DNA of 63,475 nt, filler included, from Octopus bimaculoides (GCF_001194135.2; 10 parts of 9 records of this genome joined end to end with filler, not necessarily neighbours in it); one strand, 5' to 3'. Numbered from the whole stretch's first letter, positions 13,601-26,772 are shown. Numbers and translations are program-made. The notes: generated by a model not told the origin, from the sequence alone.

Positions 13601-16413
13601 TCAAAATATTTAAGCCAAACTTTATAATTTATAAACTTTATAATTTATAATTTTCTCATATGAAAGTTAGAATTATCCGAAACAGTTACAGATAAGAAGA
13701 TATATTTGTTTGAGACGTAGTCAGATTTGAGACATTGATGAAAGCTTTCATGATATGTTCCGCCGAAGTTGACTTCACCTTTCATCTCACCTGTGTTTGA
13801 TAAAATAAGTACCTGCTGAACACTCGGATCGATGTAATAGATTAATCCTCTCCCTCAAAATTGCTGGCTACATGATCAGCCTCCTCATGATCATGATCAT
13901 TTTTCTTTTGTCTGTTTCCACTATTACTATCATTTCCAAAAACATATTTTCTGCGATATGTTTAACGCTAGTTTATGCTCAATATTTTTATTCTATAGTG
14001 AAGACGCCTTAGATTCTACCACTTCTAATTTCGATGCTTTCGCAATGATGCTTCTTTTCAATAAGAAAGAGATTACAATCTTTTTGCTCGACGCTTTCCT
14101 TGTTTAAGTTTTATCTATAATGACAGCATAGTAAGAATTATATGATTATATTATAGACAATTGGCGGTGTGTAATTTAATAATATATTTTGTTTGTTGTA
14201 ATAAGAAAAGAAATTCGAATGAAGCTTGACATTACATAGTCTTATATGAGCTTTATTGATCATTCCGTATTGTTCTGCTGCTATGAAATGTGCTTCTTTG
14301 GTGTTGATTATGACCATGCAAATAATATTTAATCTACAAGAGTGGTGCCTTGCCATAATTAAGGCATGAAAAACTTTCTTTTCTTTCTGGTTTTGCTTTT
14401 ATGCATGTCACTATGACTCTTTGCTGGATAAGCTAAAAGTCATTGACGTCTTTCAAAAGTAAGACTCCATATAACCACACCTGCTAGTAATAACAAGTTC
14501 GTCTTACACACTTCACAACTTACGTTGTTAAATAAAGGATAGAAGTTTAATGAGAATAGCTTCGGATATGGTTCTCTATGCAACATTAATAAAAGCACAT
14601 AACAATGGTTACCTGAGCACGTTTGACTAATGATCTATTTATTACATACTGATAATAATGCTTCGGCATTTTAAGAACTAATGAGTTTCAACTGCCAACT
14701 AGAAATTCTATAGATTTCACTCCCAGATGAGATAATGAAGATGAAGAACAAGTCAGAAACAGTGAAAGAGTGACTTAACTTAGATACAAATCTAAAGCAT
14801 ACTCACTTACAAACGTACATACAACGGACACCAATCCGCATAATGTTTACACTCACAGATAAGCACACAAATCTTATACTGTAATTTACTATACAACATA
14901 TCTAAACCTTTTAGCCGGCGTATGCTCATAATATATTAATCAATTAAATTTGCTAAATACAACATCCCTCATAAAATGTGTTATGCTTATTGTCGACTAT
15001 AAGATATAAGCAACTCTACATCTTATTACACTGTGAAATGTCACACCTATTACTAAATCAGGTTATTTGGAGTAACTATTAGATGCTGTCAAATGAATTC
15101 AATTAATTTAATTACGGCTAAAATATATATATATTCTTCATAGTAAAGTTTAGTATGAAAAGTTAATACTGCTTCCATACCTGTATGAATGTATATTCAT
15201 GGAAATCTGTGATGCACTCACTCTTTCTCTACATATTCATACCTTTCACAGTGTATGCTCTTTTGCAATACACAGTGTAATTTAAGAGCACCCCAAACTG
15301 GAGTGTGAATATAGCAATATTTAAAATTAAACATTTTAAAACTTACTTTTCCCTTAAATGTAAAGTCACTCAGTGTTATTTCTCTTATTTCATTTTTATT
15401 TAAATTATGCAAATCAACTAGTCATAAAAGTGTTCATCTCTTCTTATATTAGAATAAATCCCTTGATTACTGCAACTGAGGTAGGCTATAAATATCCTCT
15501 TATCTTCCGACAGTAAACCTGACCTTTTCACTAATAGCATGTCATCTTCAGAGAAATCCTGTATCTTGAAGTCGCCAATGTTCTTGCAGTGCATTTGTTC
15601 TTACTTCTATGATTATGATTATGATACCTGCTCTAGTGGTAGAGATAAATTTAATACATCAAGTATTGATTTTGCATGTCATTTCATATACCTCTATTGT
15701 CGACGCTGTTTTCATGTTTCGGTCATTAGACTACGTCATTGTGGGCCAGTAACTTAAACCCCAGTACTTATTTTTTAAAGCCTTGTTCCTATACGATCGG
15801 TCCAGTTTCCTGTAACTCTAAGTTACGTGGATATAAACAATCGATCCCAAGTTGGGAAGTGTTGGGGAAAAATCAGACGCAATCACAAAACCATATATAA
15901 GTCAAACGATCAAGAATAAGCAGAATAAGCAAAGAAGAAATCCAATATATACGAGTGGGAGTAAGGTGGATTTGCTAAGAGAGAAGAGAGGAGGGGAAAA
16001 ATTGTGCGAAAATGGGAGGTAAAGTTTCTAGACATTACCAGAACATAGCAGTCAAAGTTGTACAGGTGGCTTCCAACTCAATTTTAAGACTTTACATTTA
16101 CATATTTACGCGAATATCCATTATTCTGGATTTACATCTCAAGCGAAAACTTACAGGGCTTCTTTATCTAGGCTCATTCGTAGCCTAAAATAAAATTCAG
16201 TTCTGTTCAGTGTAAAGGTTCCATCATTACCTATGCCAAACTGTATATCGTTTGTAACAACAAATGCGATCTCTACATTTCAGAAGAATGATCAATTATG
16301 CAATGTAGTGATTGCCTGATTGAACGTAACGGCTTAATTCTTAATCGCAAACACAAGTTATATAACACATTTTTCATGTGCAAAAGTAGTGCCCGCCCCA
16401 ATTATTCTCTAAT

Positions 16414-17299
16414 TACGAGGTGGAATGGAAACCTTTCCGGACGATTTTTGCAGAGCACCAACAGAAAGCATCACATTGTTGAGTGCGCAGTGAGATCTAG
16501 CAGTGACCTTCATGCGGCAGTGTACCGAGTGACATTACTGCGTTTATTTCGCAAGGTGTGAAAATAGTGTTTTTGTGATCACATGTATCCTGTAGTCTGC
16601 GATTTTGTCATGGACAGGAAGGTGGAACAAAGAACCAACGTGGAATTTTGCGTTCAACTTGAGGGATTTGCTACAGAGACATAGAGTAAGCTTCGGCAGG
16701 CTTACGGCAACGACGAAATAGGTCGTATACAATGTTTCGTGTTACACGGGCGCTTCAAACGCGTAAGACCGTCCCTGGAAGTCGATGAGTGACCTGGAAG
16801 ACCTACCATGAGCGTCATCCCCATAAATGTGGAAATATGCATAAATAATTCGTGCCGCAGGTCACACTGTCAATCGAGAGTTCTACTGAGACGTTCTGAA
16901 GCGTTTGAGGGAGGTCATTCGGTGAAATTGACCTGATCTGTCGAGTGCGAAGAATTAGATTTCTTCACGATGACAATGCACCTTGTCACCAAGCTCTCTT
17001 CACACGTGCATTTCACGCCAAAATCAACATGGTATCCATTCCCCCACCACCTTATTCGGCAGATTAGCACCTGCTGATTTACATCTCTTCCCCAACATGA
17101 TAATGCAGCTCAAAGGTCGCAGTTTAAACACCGTCGTTGAGAACCAGAGCAAATCGTAGAAGGTCCTCGACTCGCTTAGGGAAAACAACTTCCAGGTTGG
17201 ATTCGAAAAGGAGAAGGAACTCTGGTGTCAAAACTTCGGCAAATAAGTTATTATTTATTAAGCATAACTCGTCATGGGACTTTTTGATACGACGTGGTA
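16414..17299 (+). mobile_element. mariner (DD34D-type) transposon, internally deleted
   Basis: Degenerate TIRs TACGAGGTGGAATGGAAA.. and ..TTTTTGATACGACGTGGTA. N-terminus MDRKVEQRTNVEFCVQL..PGRP. C-terminus LHDDNAPCH..PPPPYSADLAP. The WVPH and first catalytic Asp region is missing. Confidence 0.88.
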
Positions 17300-17519
17300 A
17301 TTCCCTCCACACTTGGTTATCATCTGTGTATTTATAACATAAAAATACTTTAGCTACATTTATGTTTTCTTAACCCAGTGATCTCCCTACATCTTCATCT
17401 CTGTACATAAGAATATCCAGGCGCGTACATGCGCGTGCACACCTACGGGATGTTGTAGGTACACAGATAACTTACGTACGTGTGCACGGATATGCAAATA
17501 CATACCCTTACAGTTAAGT

Positions 17520-18140
17520 AGTAAGCCACCGACTGATACGTCCCCCTAATGTCTACTAACTTTATTTTCCATCTCCCTCATTTCCGTCCTTTTCTTCTTT
17601 TCTTCTCTGCTAGCAAATCAACCTTCTCCCACTCCTAAATATTTGGCTTCTTTTCTTCCATTTCGTTCTTAATAATTTTACTTCTAAAATTTTTACTTCT
17701 AAAATATTTTTTTCTTTGCTTTGGATTTGTTATAAATGTATATGCATCGGTGCGACAATATATTTATTTACCATTGACTCAGTAAAATGATCCCAGCCTA
17801 ATATTCACAACCCTTCCCTTAGTCAGCATCAATATAAACTAAATTTCCGCCCTGCATCCCCACTTCTTTTTATTTTTCTGTAACTATTTTACAGTATTGT
17901 TGAATCCCATTTTTCTTACCGTTTCCTTCTTTTCTTTTACCGATCATTTTATTCCATCATACGTATGTTTTTCTAATTCTTTTCACTCGGTTCTCCCGGA
18001 TTCACCACTCATTTAAAATTATATCTCCTCTGATTCTTTCACGACAATGTAATTTTGTTTTAACTACGGTATCCTCGGCCTGATGAGTAGCCAATAGACT
18101 AGAATTAATTCAAGCATGTATGACTTTTACCCTAGCGTAT
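17520..18140 (+). mobile_element. Probable PLE pseudo-LTR remnant with decayed hammerhead-like motif near 18075-18105
   Basis: A CT-rich tract ends in CCTGATGAGTAGCCAATAGACTAGAATT. The CUGAUGA core is present; stem II and GAAA are eroded. Confidence 0.3.
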
Positions 18141-18372
18141 AATTTAGGAGTGTCATACATGTTTAGGTGTCATGTGATGACATTTTTTTTACCAGTATGA
18201 AATAAACCTCTCCACCAATGTCATCCAAGCTGTGCAACAACGATGGATGATGTGTGTAGTCCGTAAGAGAGAGAGAGAGTATATTGAAAAATAAACCTAA
18301 CTTTTTCAGATTCTTTTAGAGTATCTTGTCAGCCAATGAACTTTTCAACAGTCGGTACTGTGTCTATATATA

Positions 18373-18412
<40 letters not shown>

Positions 18413-18456
18413 NNNNNNNNNNNNNNNNNNNNNNNNNNNNNNNNNNNNNNNNNNNN

Positions 18457-18468
18457 TTAATTAATTAA
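18457..18468. other. Assembly gap linker TTAATTAATTAA (also at 27957, 30778, 35759, 37517, 41265, 48115, 56821, 62118)
   Basis: An identical 12-mer with stops in all six frames, centred in ~100-nt N gaps nine times. It is an artefact, not biology. Confidence 0.97.
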
Positions 18469-18544
18469 NNNNNNNNNNNNNNNNNNNNNNNNNNNNNNNN
18501 NNNNNNNNNNNNGCGTGTGTGGGTGTGTGTGTGTGTGCGTGTGT

Positions 18545-18716
18545 GTGTGCTTGTTTGTCTGTGTTTGTCCCCTCATCATCGCTTGACAACTGATGCTGGT
18601 GTATTTTTACGTCCCCGTTCGGAAAAAGAGACTGATAGAATAAGTACTAGGCTTACAAAGAATAAGTCCTGGGGTCGATTTGCTCGACTGAAGGCGGTGC
18701 TCCAGCATGGCTGCAG
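18545..18716 (+). mobile_element. SINE family B 3' module
   Basis: GCTTGACAACTGATGCTGG...GATAGAATAAGTACTAGGCTTACAAAGAATAAGTCCTGGGGTCGAT...CCAGCATGG. Confidence 0.85.
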
Positions 18717-18723
18717 GATCAGA

Positions 18724-19397
18724 TGGTGAACACACAGGGCAACCATTGGCTTGCCGTGTCTCCAAGACATGTACTGAGAGTGATAAAAAATCAAACATCC
18801 AGTGGAACATCTTGTTGTTTAACGTGATCACTAGTGATGGCGACGTTATGCCTCATTCATCTTCCCACACGCCCTCAAGACTCAACACAGAGATCTACAT
18901 CAAGTGCCTGGAGGAGGTAGTGCTGCTCTGGGTCAAGAGTGTGTCTGCTGGAAGGCCCTATGTCTGGCAACAAGATTCTGCACCATGCCTCACAAGCAGG
19001 ACTACCCAATCATAGCTGTCAGACAATTTCTGTGACCACATCACTCCTAACATCTGGCCACCTAACACCACAGACTGTAACCCACTTGACTGTTATGTGA
19101 TGGGGTCCAGTTGAACGAAGGACCAACAAAACTCATTGTAACACCAAAGATGAACTGAGGGCAAGAATTATGGCAGCATTCACCAACTTAAACAAGGAGA
19201 CCGTTCAGAAGAGTTGCAGGAGAATCCGAAGTTGTCTGGAGGCCGTGGTTGAAGCCAATGGCGATTTTATTGAATAAATTTATTCGTTAGTACTTCAAGA
19301 TAGTTTTAGGTAATTTTGGTAAATATATTTGTTAAAATGAGATGTGTTATTTTATTTTTGCGTAATTTAGACGACAATTTATTCAGCGCACCCTTTA
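18724..19397 (+). mobile_element. maT-type (DD37D) Tc1/mariner transposon, 3' half with right TIR
   Basis: VITSDGDVMP..YVWQQDSAPC..IWPPNTTDCNPLD. I counted 37 residues between the second and third Asp. The ORF ends EAVVEANGDFIE*, and the TIR is ..ATTCAGCGCACCC. Confidence 0.87.
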
Positions 19398-19431
19398 CAA
19401 ATACACTCACACACACACACATATATATATA

Positions 19432-19590
19432 GGGGTATGGTTAAGAAACTCGCTTTGTAACCCCATAGGTTAGGGTTCACACCCACTACACAGCACCTTG
19501 GGCAAATGTCTTCTACTATAGCCTTAAACCAATCAATAACTTGTTAGTAAATTTTGTAGATGGAAACTGTATAGAAACCTGTCGTATCTA
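19432..19590 (+). mobile_element. SINE family B 5' half
   Basis: tRNA-like head GGTTCACACCC plus CORE-like CACCTTGGGCAAATGTCTTCTACTATAGCC. Confidence 0.7.
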
Positions 19591-20277
19591 CCTTTCTCTC
19601 GATGTGTGTGTGTGTGTGTAAATATAGTCATTTTATATAGATTCCCCTTTGTCATACTTTTCATAAGCAACTAAATATTTTTAATTACTCTAAATTCAGT
19701 TTTAAATTTGATTTATCTAAGACGTAAGTTTCCTCAAGCCATTAGCAAAGGTATTCCCTTCTTAATCGCTTCTTGCCAAATTCAATCGTTTTCATTTTAA
19801 TTCGTCAATCTGTTCCTGTCACAACTGTTAATTCTTACTACTGCTTATTATTCAGAACCATCTTTCACTCATTAATATAATTAAATTCCATTATTTTTCA
19901 CACTAAATGGAATGTGAAAGATTTCTATGTATCTCACTGATTATTCGTTCGTTTCTCTTCTCCCCCACCTACTTCCACGACGTCCAATATTTAATGACAA
20001 TTCTTTGTTTTCGTTTCAATGCTTCAAAAAGTTTCGTTTGGAATGAAACAGACTGGAACATGCAAGCATTTGTTTAAATAAATAAATAAATATAGTATGT
20101 TCAAACGCATGCGTGCGCGCACACACACATACACAGGCAAACACACATACGTACATATACTCATACGTTATATGTATATCACGTTTGTGTATGCAGATGT
20201 ATATATGTGTATACATGTGTCTGTGTATTTATGTATAAATATGCGTATATTATATCATATAATGCATATATTTATGT

Positions 20278-20343
<66 letters not shown>

Positions 20344-20344
20344 G

Positions 20345-20385
<41 letters not shown>

Positions 20386-20689
20386 CCTATATGTGTGTTT
20401 GTATGTGAATTTATGTATGCGTGTAGATATATATATATGTGTGCGTGTGTATTAAAAATACACAAATATACACACACATACATATAGATAAATATGCATA
20501 TACTTATGCATTCATGTATATACACACATGCATTTATACATGCAGATTAGCTCACTTCCTCCATCAAATTGACGCCGCTTGCATAGGTGCACGATGTGCC
20601 ACACATCAGATGGCAAAGTGATCGCAGACCAAATTGAGAATATTAGGCTTGGTTTACATTACTGGGTTACACCCAAAATAGTACAGTAC

Positions 20690-20850
20690 CGTTTCTAGCA
20701 GGCTGTTCCAGGCATAGAACAGGTTGTCCGGGAAGGAGATGCGGTTTGCTACTTGGGACACGAGCAAAGGTCATCACAGATCATCGTGGCGGCTCCTGAG
20801 CCGTTAGTCCCTATGAAACAGAAGGGGAAAACTCTTGCCATTGTCATGCA
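20690..20850 (-). mobile_element. Possible CR1/L2-like LINE 3' end fragment
   Basis: Minus strand RISFPDNLFYAWNSLLETV resembles the CR1 terminal motif FFSxRVVxxWNSLP. The match is short. Confidence 0.3.
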
Positions 20851-20895
20851 TTTAGATGAATATGTGTAATGTGTGTGTGTGTGTGTGCATATATA

Positions 20896-20930
<35 letters not shown>

Positions 20931-20965
20931 NNNNNNNNNNNNNNNNNNNNNNNNNNNNNNNNNNN

Positions 20966-20999
<34 letters not shown>

Positions 21000-21099
21000 C
21001 ATATATACGCACACACACACACACACATAATAGAAATGGGGAAAGTAAGAAGAAAAAAGCGAAAATGCACATTGTATATAAAAAAATAAAGGTTTTTTT

Positions 21100-23690
21100 A
21101 ATGAAAAATAACGATAAATATATACAGAGGAACCGGGGAGGAATAAAAGTCATTATTTTGAATTGTTAGAGATTCAAAGTCATACCGGTATCGTCAAAAG
21201 CTGTTCACGGGCTTTGAATGAGCACCGATTTCCAAACGGTGTTGGGTCTACTAGTCCCTGAGTAAAAAGGTTATATACAAGGGAGGTAAATAGTTCTGGA
21301 AGTGGTGCAATTAAGGTAGATATATTACTGTAATATGAATGATGTATGGGATATATGGGAATTAGTGGTATTATTGGTAAGGTTTGTAGTGTTCTGTATT
21401 TTGTTATGTGTTCATGTTGAGTTTTGGATGATATTTACAAATGATAGTTGCCTCTTTATTTACTCTTTGCTGTACTGAGGTGTTCTGTGAACATTGATAG
21501 AAAGGGAAAATTAGGACGTTAGAATTAAGGTTCCTAGCACACCTTTCTATGTGTTCACTGACCTGTCTCTGTCTGTATTGAGGGTAGCGGATTTGTTCTT
21601 CGTGAAGAGTTGTTCTTCGACTGAGTGATATTCCTGATTGGCCAATATATTGATTACCGCACCCTAAGCAGGTAATGGCATAGATTAGGTTTTCTGAGGT
21701 ACAGGTGAAATTTGATTTTATCTTAAATATTTCATCTTGTTTAAAGTGGAACTCTGTACCCTCCAAAAGGTAGGGGCATTTGCTACAGTTAGGTCGACCG
21801 CATTTTTTCACTTTTGGTTCCGTTGTTAATGGATATAGTCTTGCGTTGGTTAAAATTTTTTTCAATTATTTCGGTTGCATTTTGCTCTTGATAATTTTGT
21901 GTGAGCCTAAAATTTTGTTCATTATTTTATCCCCTGTGAGAATGGGTAGATTTTGGATGATAATTTTTAAGGCCTCACTGCTTCAAGGGTTGTGTGTAGA
22001 GATGTATGGGAGTATTTTTAAGTCTGGTGTAGTATTTCGGTTGACTTCCCTTAATGTTCGTATGTCTATTTCCTTTGCTCGTTTAATCCCATCATTTATT
22101 AATGATGTTGGGTAATGTCTCTTGATTACTATTGATCTGAGTTCAAGGAGTCTTCATTTATGAGTATTGGTGTCCGAAACTATGGGACAGATTCTTTTCG
22201 CTAGATTATAAGGTATATCAATTTTTATGTGTTTGAGGTGACATGAGTTGAATAACAGGTATTGTTTTGAATCTGTGGGTTTATAGAAGATGCCCGTTTC
22301 GATGTGGTTATTAACTATTTTAATTAAGATGTCAAGAAAGACCAGTGTAGATTAGGATGTCAAGAAAGACTGGTGTAGTTGTAAAGTGCTTCTGTGAGGC
22401 GCAATTTTCGGCAAAAATCCATAGTATTTGTTATCCTTGATTTCATTCGAGTTCGATCTGCGAGGGATTGGTGTAAACTTTAAACTTCCTACTAGAATTT
22501 TAGTTTGCGTAGTACTTAGGATTTTCTTTGATAAGTTGATTATTTTCGGTTGTTCTTGTACATTTTGTTCCATTTCACATCTCTGTTTCTCTGATTTAGC
22601 TCTAATAAATGGTTATAGTAGGTGGATTGTTGTGGGAAGTCTGTATTGTATTTGGTCTGGTGAGGAGAAAATGGGTGTAAAGTGTGCCTGTGGTAGCATG
22701 CTTGTAGTAGAGTGAATGTGTAGCGGGCTAGATTATGGTTGTACTGAGGGTTGTTATATTGTCTATGGTTGATATGGTTTGGGTTAAATTTATTTTTTAT
22801 TTTGTAATGTGGGTGGAGGGAGAAGTTGTATTGTCTAGTTAGGTTGTGTCTAGTTCAATGCTTGAAGTATCCATGTTGAGGGTTAAGTTGTCTGTGAGAT
22901 GATGGGGAAAGATTGGTAGGTAGTGTTTCCCGAAACTTTAAGTTAGTCTGGAGGCTTGGATGGGTCTTTAGATTTGTATATAGGGGTCCTTGAAAATTAC
23001 GTCCGAATTTTCTATTACGAGCGAAATTCCTATTTGTTGTTTGAAAGTTATTTTTGGGTAGAGGTGAGGTTAGGTCGGTGGAGTTGTGTCCCCTAGATTG
23101 TCTGTGGTTTGAGTTCGATAAATGTGAGGTCATTCTTGCGTGGGTTTTTGGTTTCTTTTTCTTCAGGAAGGCGTTATCCGATATGCATTCTATGTTGAAC
23201 TGTGTTTCGTAGTTTTGGAAAAAATTTAGCTTGTCTTTCCCAGCGTTGTAGCGAATTGGTTTCTTCAGTTTCACATGTTGTTTTCCACAGTTTGAAAACA
23301 TTCTTCAAGCGTTGACCATCTGAATGTTTCCTTAATTCGGTATATATTTCCTCATCTATGTTTTTACATTTTTGTTCATTGCTTAACGCTCTAAGTTTAA
23401 GGAGTTCGATTTTCGTCTTGATTTTTTCCAATGCTACTTTCTCCCTTAATTTTCTTTGTTGGTCCTGCTCGTTTGGTATTAGTTTAATTTGAAATTTACG
23501 AGGTAAGATTATTGGAGTTGAATTTAACCAGCGTTCATAAATTTCTGCCTTGTAGTTGTTTTTAATCATATTCCAGAAAGAAAATTTTCTGGCTTTGAGT
23601 TTCTCATCCCAGATATGGATAATACGGTTTTTAATTGATTGCGTTAACGTGGAGGGGGTTCTATCGTGTGTATCATGAATGTGTATATAT
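21100..23690 (-). mobile_element. Penelope-like element: N-terminal ORF, deleted RT core, thumb, GIY-YIG endonuclease, pLTR
   Basis: Minus strand: long N-terminal ORF (23640-22855); IINLSKKILS..LKFTPIP (pre-RT); FLDILIK..FYKPTDSKQYL..SCH (RT end); GIY-YIG CGRPNCSKC..NLIYAITC..C..QYIGQS..R..H..HPKLN; then a C/A-rich pLTR. Confidence 0.9.
21404..21865 (-). pseudogene. PLE GIY-YIG endonuclease domain (open over 153 aa)
   Basis: The ORF carries the IYAITCxxCxxQYIG motif, the CCHH zinc-finger cysteines and a terminal PKLN. Confidence 0.88.
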
Positions 23691-24914
23691 ATATATATAT
23701 ATATNNNNNNNNNNNNNNNNNNNNNNNNNNNNNNNNNNNNNNNNNNNNNNNNNNNNNNNNNNNNNNNNNNNNNNNNNNNNNNNNNNNNNNNNNNNNNNNN
23801 NNNNNNNNNNNNNNNNNNNNNNNNNNNNNNNNNNNNNNNNNNNNNNNNNNNNNNNNNNNNNNNNNNNNNNNNNNNNNNNNNNNNNNNNNNNNNNNNNNNN
23901 NNNNNNNNNNNNNNNNNNNNNNNNNNNNNNNNNNNNNNNNNCCAAATAAACACACGCACTATATATATTTTTAAGAAGAGTAATAAACGAGTGAAGAAAA
24001 AATATATAGTGTGTGTGTTTATTTGGCAACAAGAAATGACCGTCCCGAAATACAACAATATCTGTTTCAACACACGATTTCACATCAGGAATCTTGCAAA
24101 ACGAATTGATAAACGTATGTATGTGTTGTAAACTAAAACACGAAGCAAACGGTTTGGATGTGAAATGTATGATATAATAATTGTCTTCCTGAGTGACATT
24201 CATGCAATATCAGTGACTTTAAATATCGATAGTCGTGAATAGCATCGTTCTGAATTTCGTCCACAAGAAGAATTCATATCTACTCTACGACCTTCACCAT
24301 ATAGTAAATGATATTTTAAGCGTAATATTTCATACACGTCGATTACTAGTCTGAAGTTCGATTTTGCTTTTATCATTCAAACAGAGAGAACCGATATTAC
24401 ATTTAGATAAATCGTCAAATACACGCGAGTTGTAAAGAGAAAAAAATAAAAGGAAAAAGTCGGAAAGAAAAGAAAAGGAAACGAAAGATGTTTTTTTAAT
24501 GTAATTAATATTTATGAATGTCATCTTTTAATTATATAAATTATCTTATAAACGAAGTTTCTTTGTGAGATATTTATTTTTGAGCAAGCACCGATAAAGA
24601 ATAACTACAGAATTCAATTTATTAATTGTCACGCGTGCACCCCACTCCACAACGCATACACACGCACACACACACACACGCACACACACACACACACAAA
24701 TATTTGTATAGACAAATGTGTGAATGACATTTCGACCTCACGACTTTCGTGCAACACAGATCTTCTTGAACTCAAGCAACACGCTAATATCATTACTCGC
24801 AGTTTTCTGAAACGTGCCTTGTAGAGATTCTGAACAGTTCCATCTATGTCAGCCTTATCTGTAACTCGTGTGTTGGTAAGTCGCATAGATGAATCTGTTT
24901 GAAACTACCTCCTA

Positions 24915-25360
24915 AACATAGTTCTCGGGGATATTCAGCGTGACACAGTGTGACAAGGCTGATCCTTTGAATTACAAGCACAACAGAAACAGAAAGTAAG
25001 AGAAAGTTGTGGTGGAAGAGTACAGCAGGGTTCGCCACCATCCCCTGCTGGAGCCTCGTGGAGCTTTAGGTGTTTTCGCTCAATAAACACTCACAACGCC
25101 CGGTCTGGGAATCGAAACCGCAATCCTATGACCGCGNNNNNNNNNNGATCCTTTGAATTACAAGCACAACAGAAACAGAAAGTAAGAGAAAGTTGTGGTG
25201 GAAGAGTACAGCAGGGTTCGCCACCATCCCCTGCTGGAGCCTCGTGGAGCTTTAGGTGTTTTCGCTCAATAAACACTCACAACGCCCGGTCTGGGAATCG
25301 AAACCGCAATCCTATGACCGCGAGTCCGCTGCCCTAACCACTGGGCCATTGCGCCTCCAC
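24915..25360 (-). mobile_element. SINE family C (tRNA-derived head)
   Basis: Minus strand GGAGGCGCAATGGCCCAGTGGTTAGGGCAGC..GGTTTCGATTCCC carries A and B boxes. An identical 176-bp duplication flanks the N gap at 25137-25146. Confidence 0.8.
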
Positions 25361-25487
25361 ATTAGGAGATCGTAGTGAACTGTAATATGGAAGAACTCAG
25401 GTGATGAATTAGCAGAGTCGCTAGAGCGTCCACGCTTTTATTGTAGCTCTGAGTTCAATTCCCGTCTCGGTTATATTTCCTTTTTAA

Positions 25488-25840
25488 GGCGGCGAGCTGA
25501 CAGAATCGTCACCACGCCAGGCAAAAAATGCTTAGCGGCATTTTGTCCGTCTTCACGTTCTGAATTCAAATTCCTCCGAGGCCGACTTTGCTTTCATCCT
25601 TTCGGGGTCGATAAAATAAGTACCAGTTGAATACTGGTGTACATGTAATTGACTTAACCCCTTCCCGAAATTGCCAAAATTTGAAAGCAATATGAAAAAG
25701 CTCATACTCCGAGGTTGGCTTTGCTTTTCATTCTTTCGGGGTCGATAAGATGTACCAGTTGAGCACTAGGATTAACGTAATCGACTAGCCCTTTCCCCAC
25801 AAAATTTCAGGCCTTGAACATACAGTAGAAGGGATTATTA
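25488..25840 (+). mobile_element. SINE family A: one near-full copy plus a 3' half
   Basis: GGCGGCGAGCTGACAGAATCG..GAATTCAAATTCC..GGGGTCGATAAAATAAGTACCAGTTG; the second copy ends GTAGAAGGGATTATT. Confidence 0.85.
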
Positions 25841-26158
25841 CAGAGTGAAAGAATACTTGTTCACGTTTATACACACATACATACATACATGCACGTTTAT
25901 ACATACATACATACATAAATACATACATACATACATGCATGCATGCGTGGATAATACATAAATACATGCATACATACATACATATACAAATACATTCATA
26001 CACACACATACATACACAAACACACACAAACACACACACGTATGCATACATATACACACCGCACACATACATACACGCATACATCAATACATACATACAC
26101 ACATACAAACATACATACATGCATGCATGCATGCATATAAGGAATACCGAATTATTTG

Positions 26159-26315
26159 ACGCAGGTATGGTTGTGTGGTAAGGAGTTTTCTTCCCAATCA
26201 CACGGTTCTGGTTTCAATCCCACTACGCGGCACTTTGGGCAGGTGCCTACTATTATAGCCTCAGGCCGACCAAAGCCTTGTTAGCAGATTTGGTTGACGG
26301 AAACTAAAAGAACCC
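26159..26315 (+). mobile_element. SINE family B 5' half
   Basis: tRNA-like head plus CACTTTGGGCAGGTG CORE-like segment, ending in (TA)n. Confidence 0.78.
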
Positions 26316-26346
26316 TCTGGTAAATATATATATATATATAAATATA

Positions 26347-26772
26347 GGAGTGGCTGTGTGGTAAGTAGCTTGCTTACGAACCACATGGTTCCGGGTTCAG
26401 TCCCACTGCGTGGCACCTTGGTCAAGTGTCTTCTACTATAGCCTCGGGCCGACCAAAGCCATGTGAGGGGATTCGGTAGACGGAAACTGAAAGAAGCTCG
26501 TCGTACATATGTATATATATATATATATATATAAATATATGTATGTATGTATGTGTGTGTATATGTTTGTGTTTGTCCCCCCCCCCCACATAGCTTGACA
26601 ACCGATGCTGGTGTGTTTACATCCCCGTAACTTAACGGTTCGGCAAAAGAGACCGATAGAATAAGTACTAGGCTTACAAAGAATAAGTCCTGGGGTTGAT
26701 TTGCTCGACTAAAGGCGGTGCTCCAGCATGGGCACAGTCAAATGACTTGAACAAGTAAAAGAGTAAAAGAGT
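26347..26772 (+). mobile_element. SINE family B, full-length bipartite copy
   Basis: A box TGGCTGTGTGG, B box GGTTCAGTCCC, CORE-like CACCTTGGTCAAGTG, internal (TA)n/(TG)n, a 3' module and an (AAAAGAGT)n tail. Confidence 0.9.

Noticed and set aside
15515-15560. CTGAAGA..GAAA..GTC on the minus strand
   Set aside because: Stems II and III do not pair, and about one such bare motif is expected by chance.
24961-25325. Perfect 176-bp tandem duplication of SINE-C
   Set aside because: The two copies are identical and separated only by a short N gap, which is a typical unmerged contig overlap.
25290-25360. tRNA gene
   Set aside because: A and B boxes are present but there is no closed acceptor stem. 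It continues into a repeated body, so it is a SINE head.
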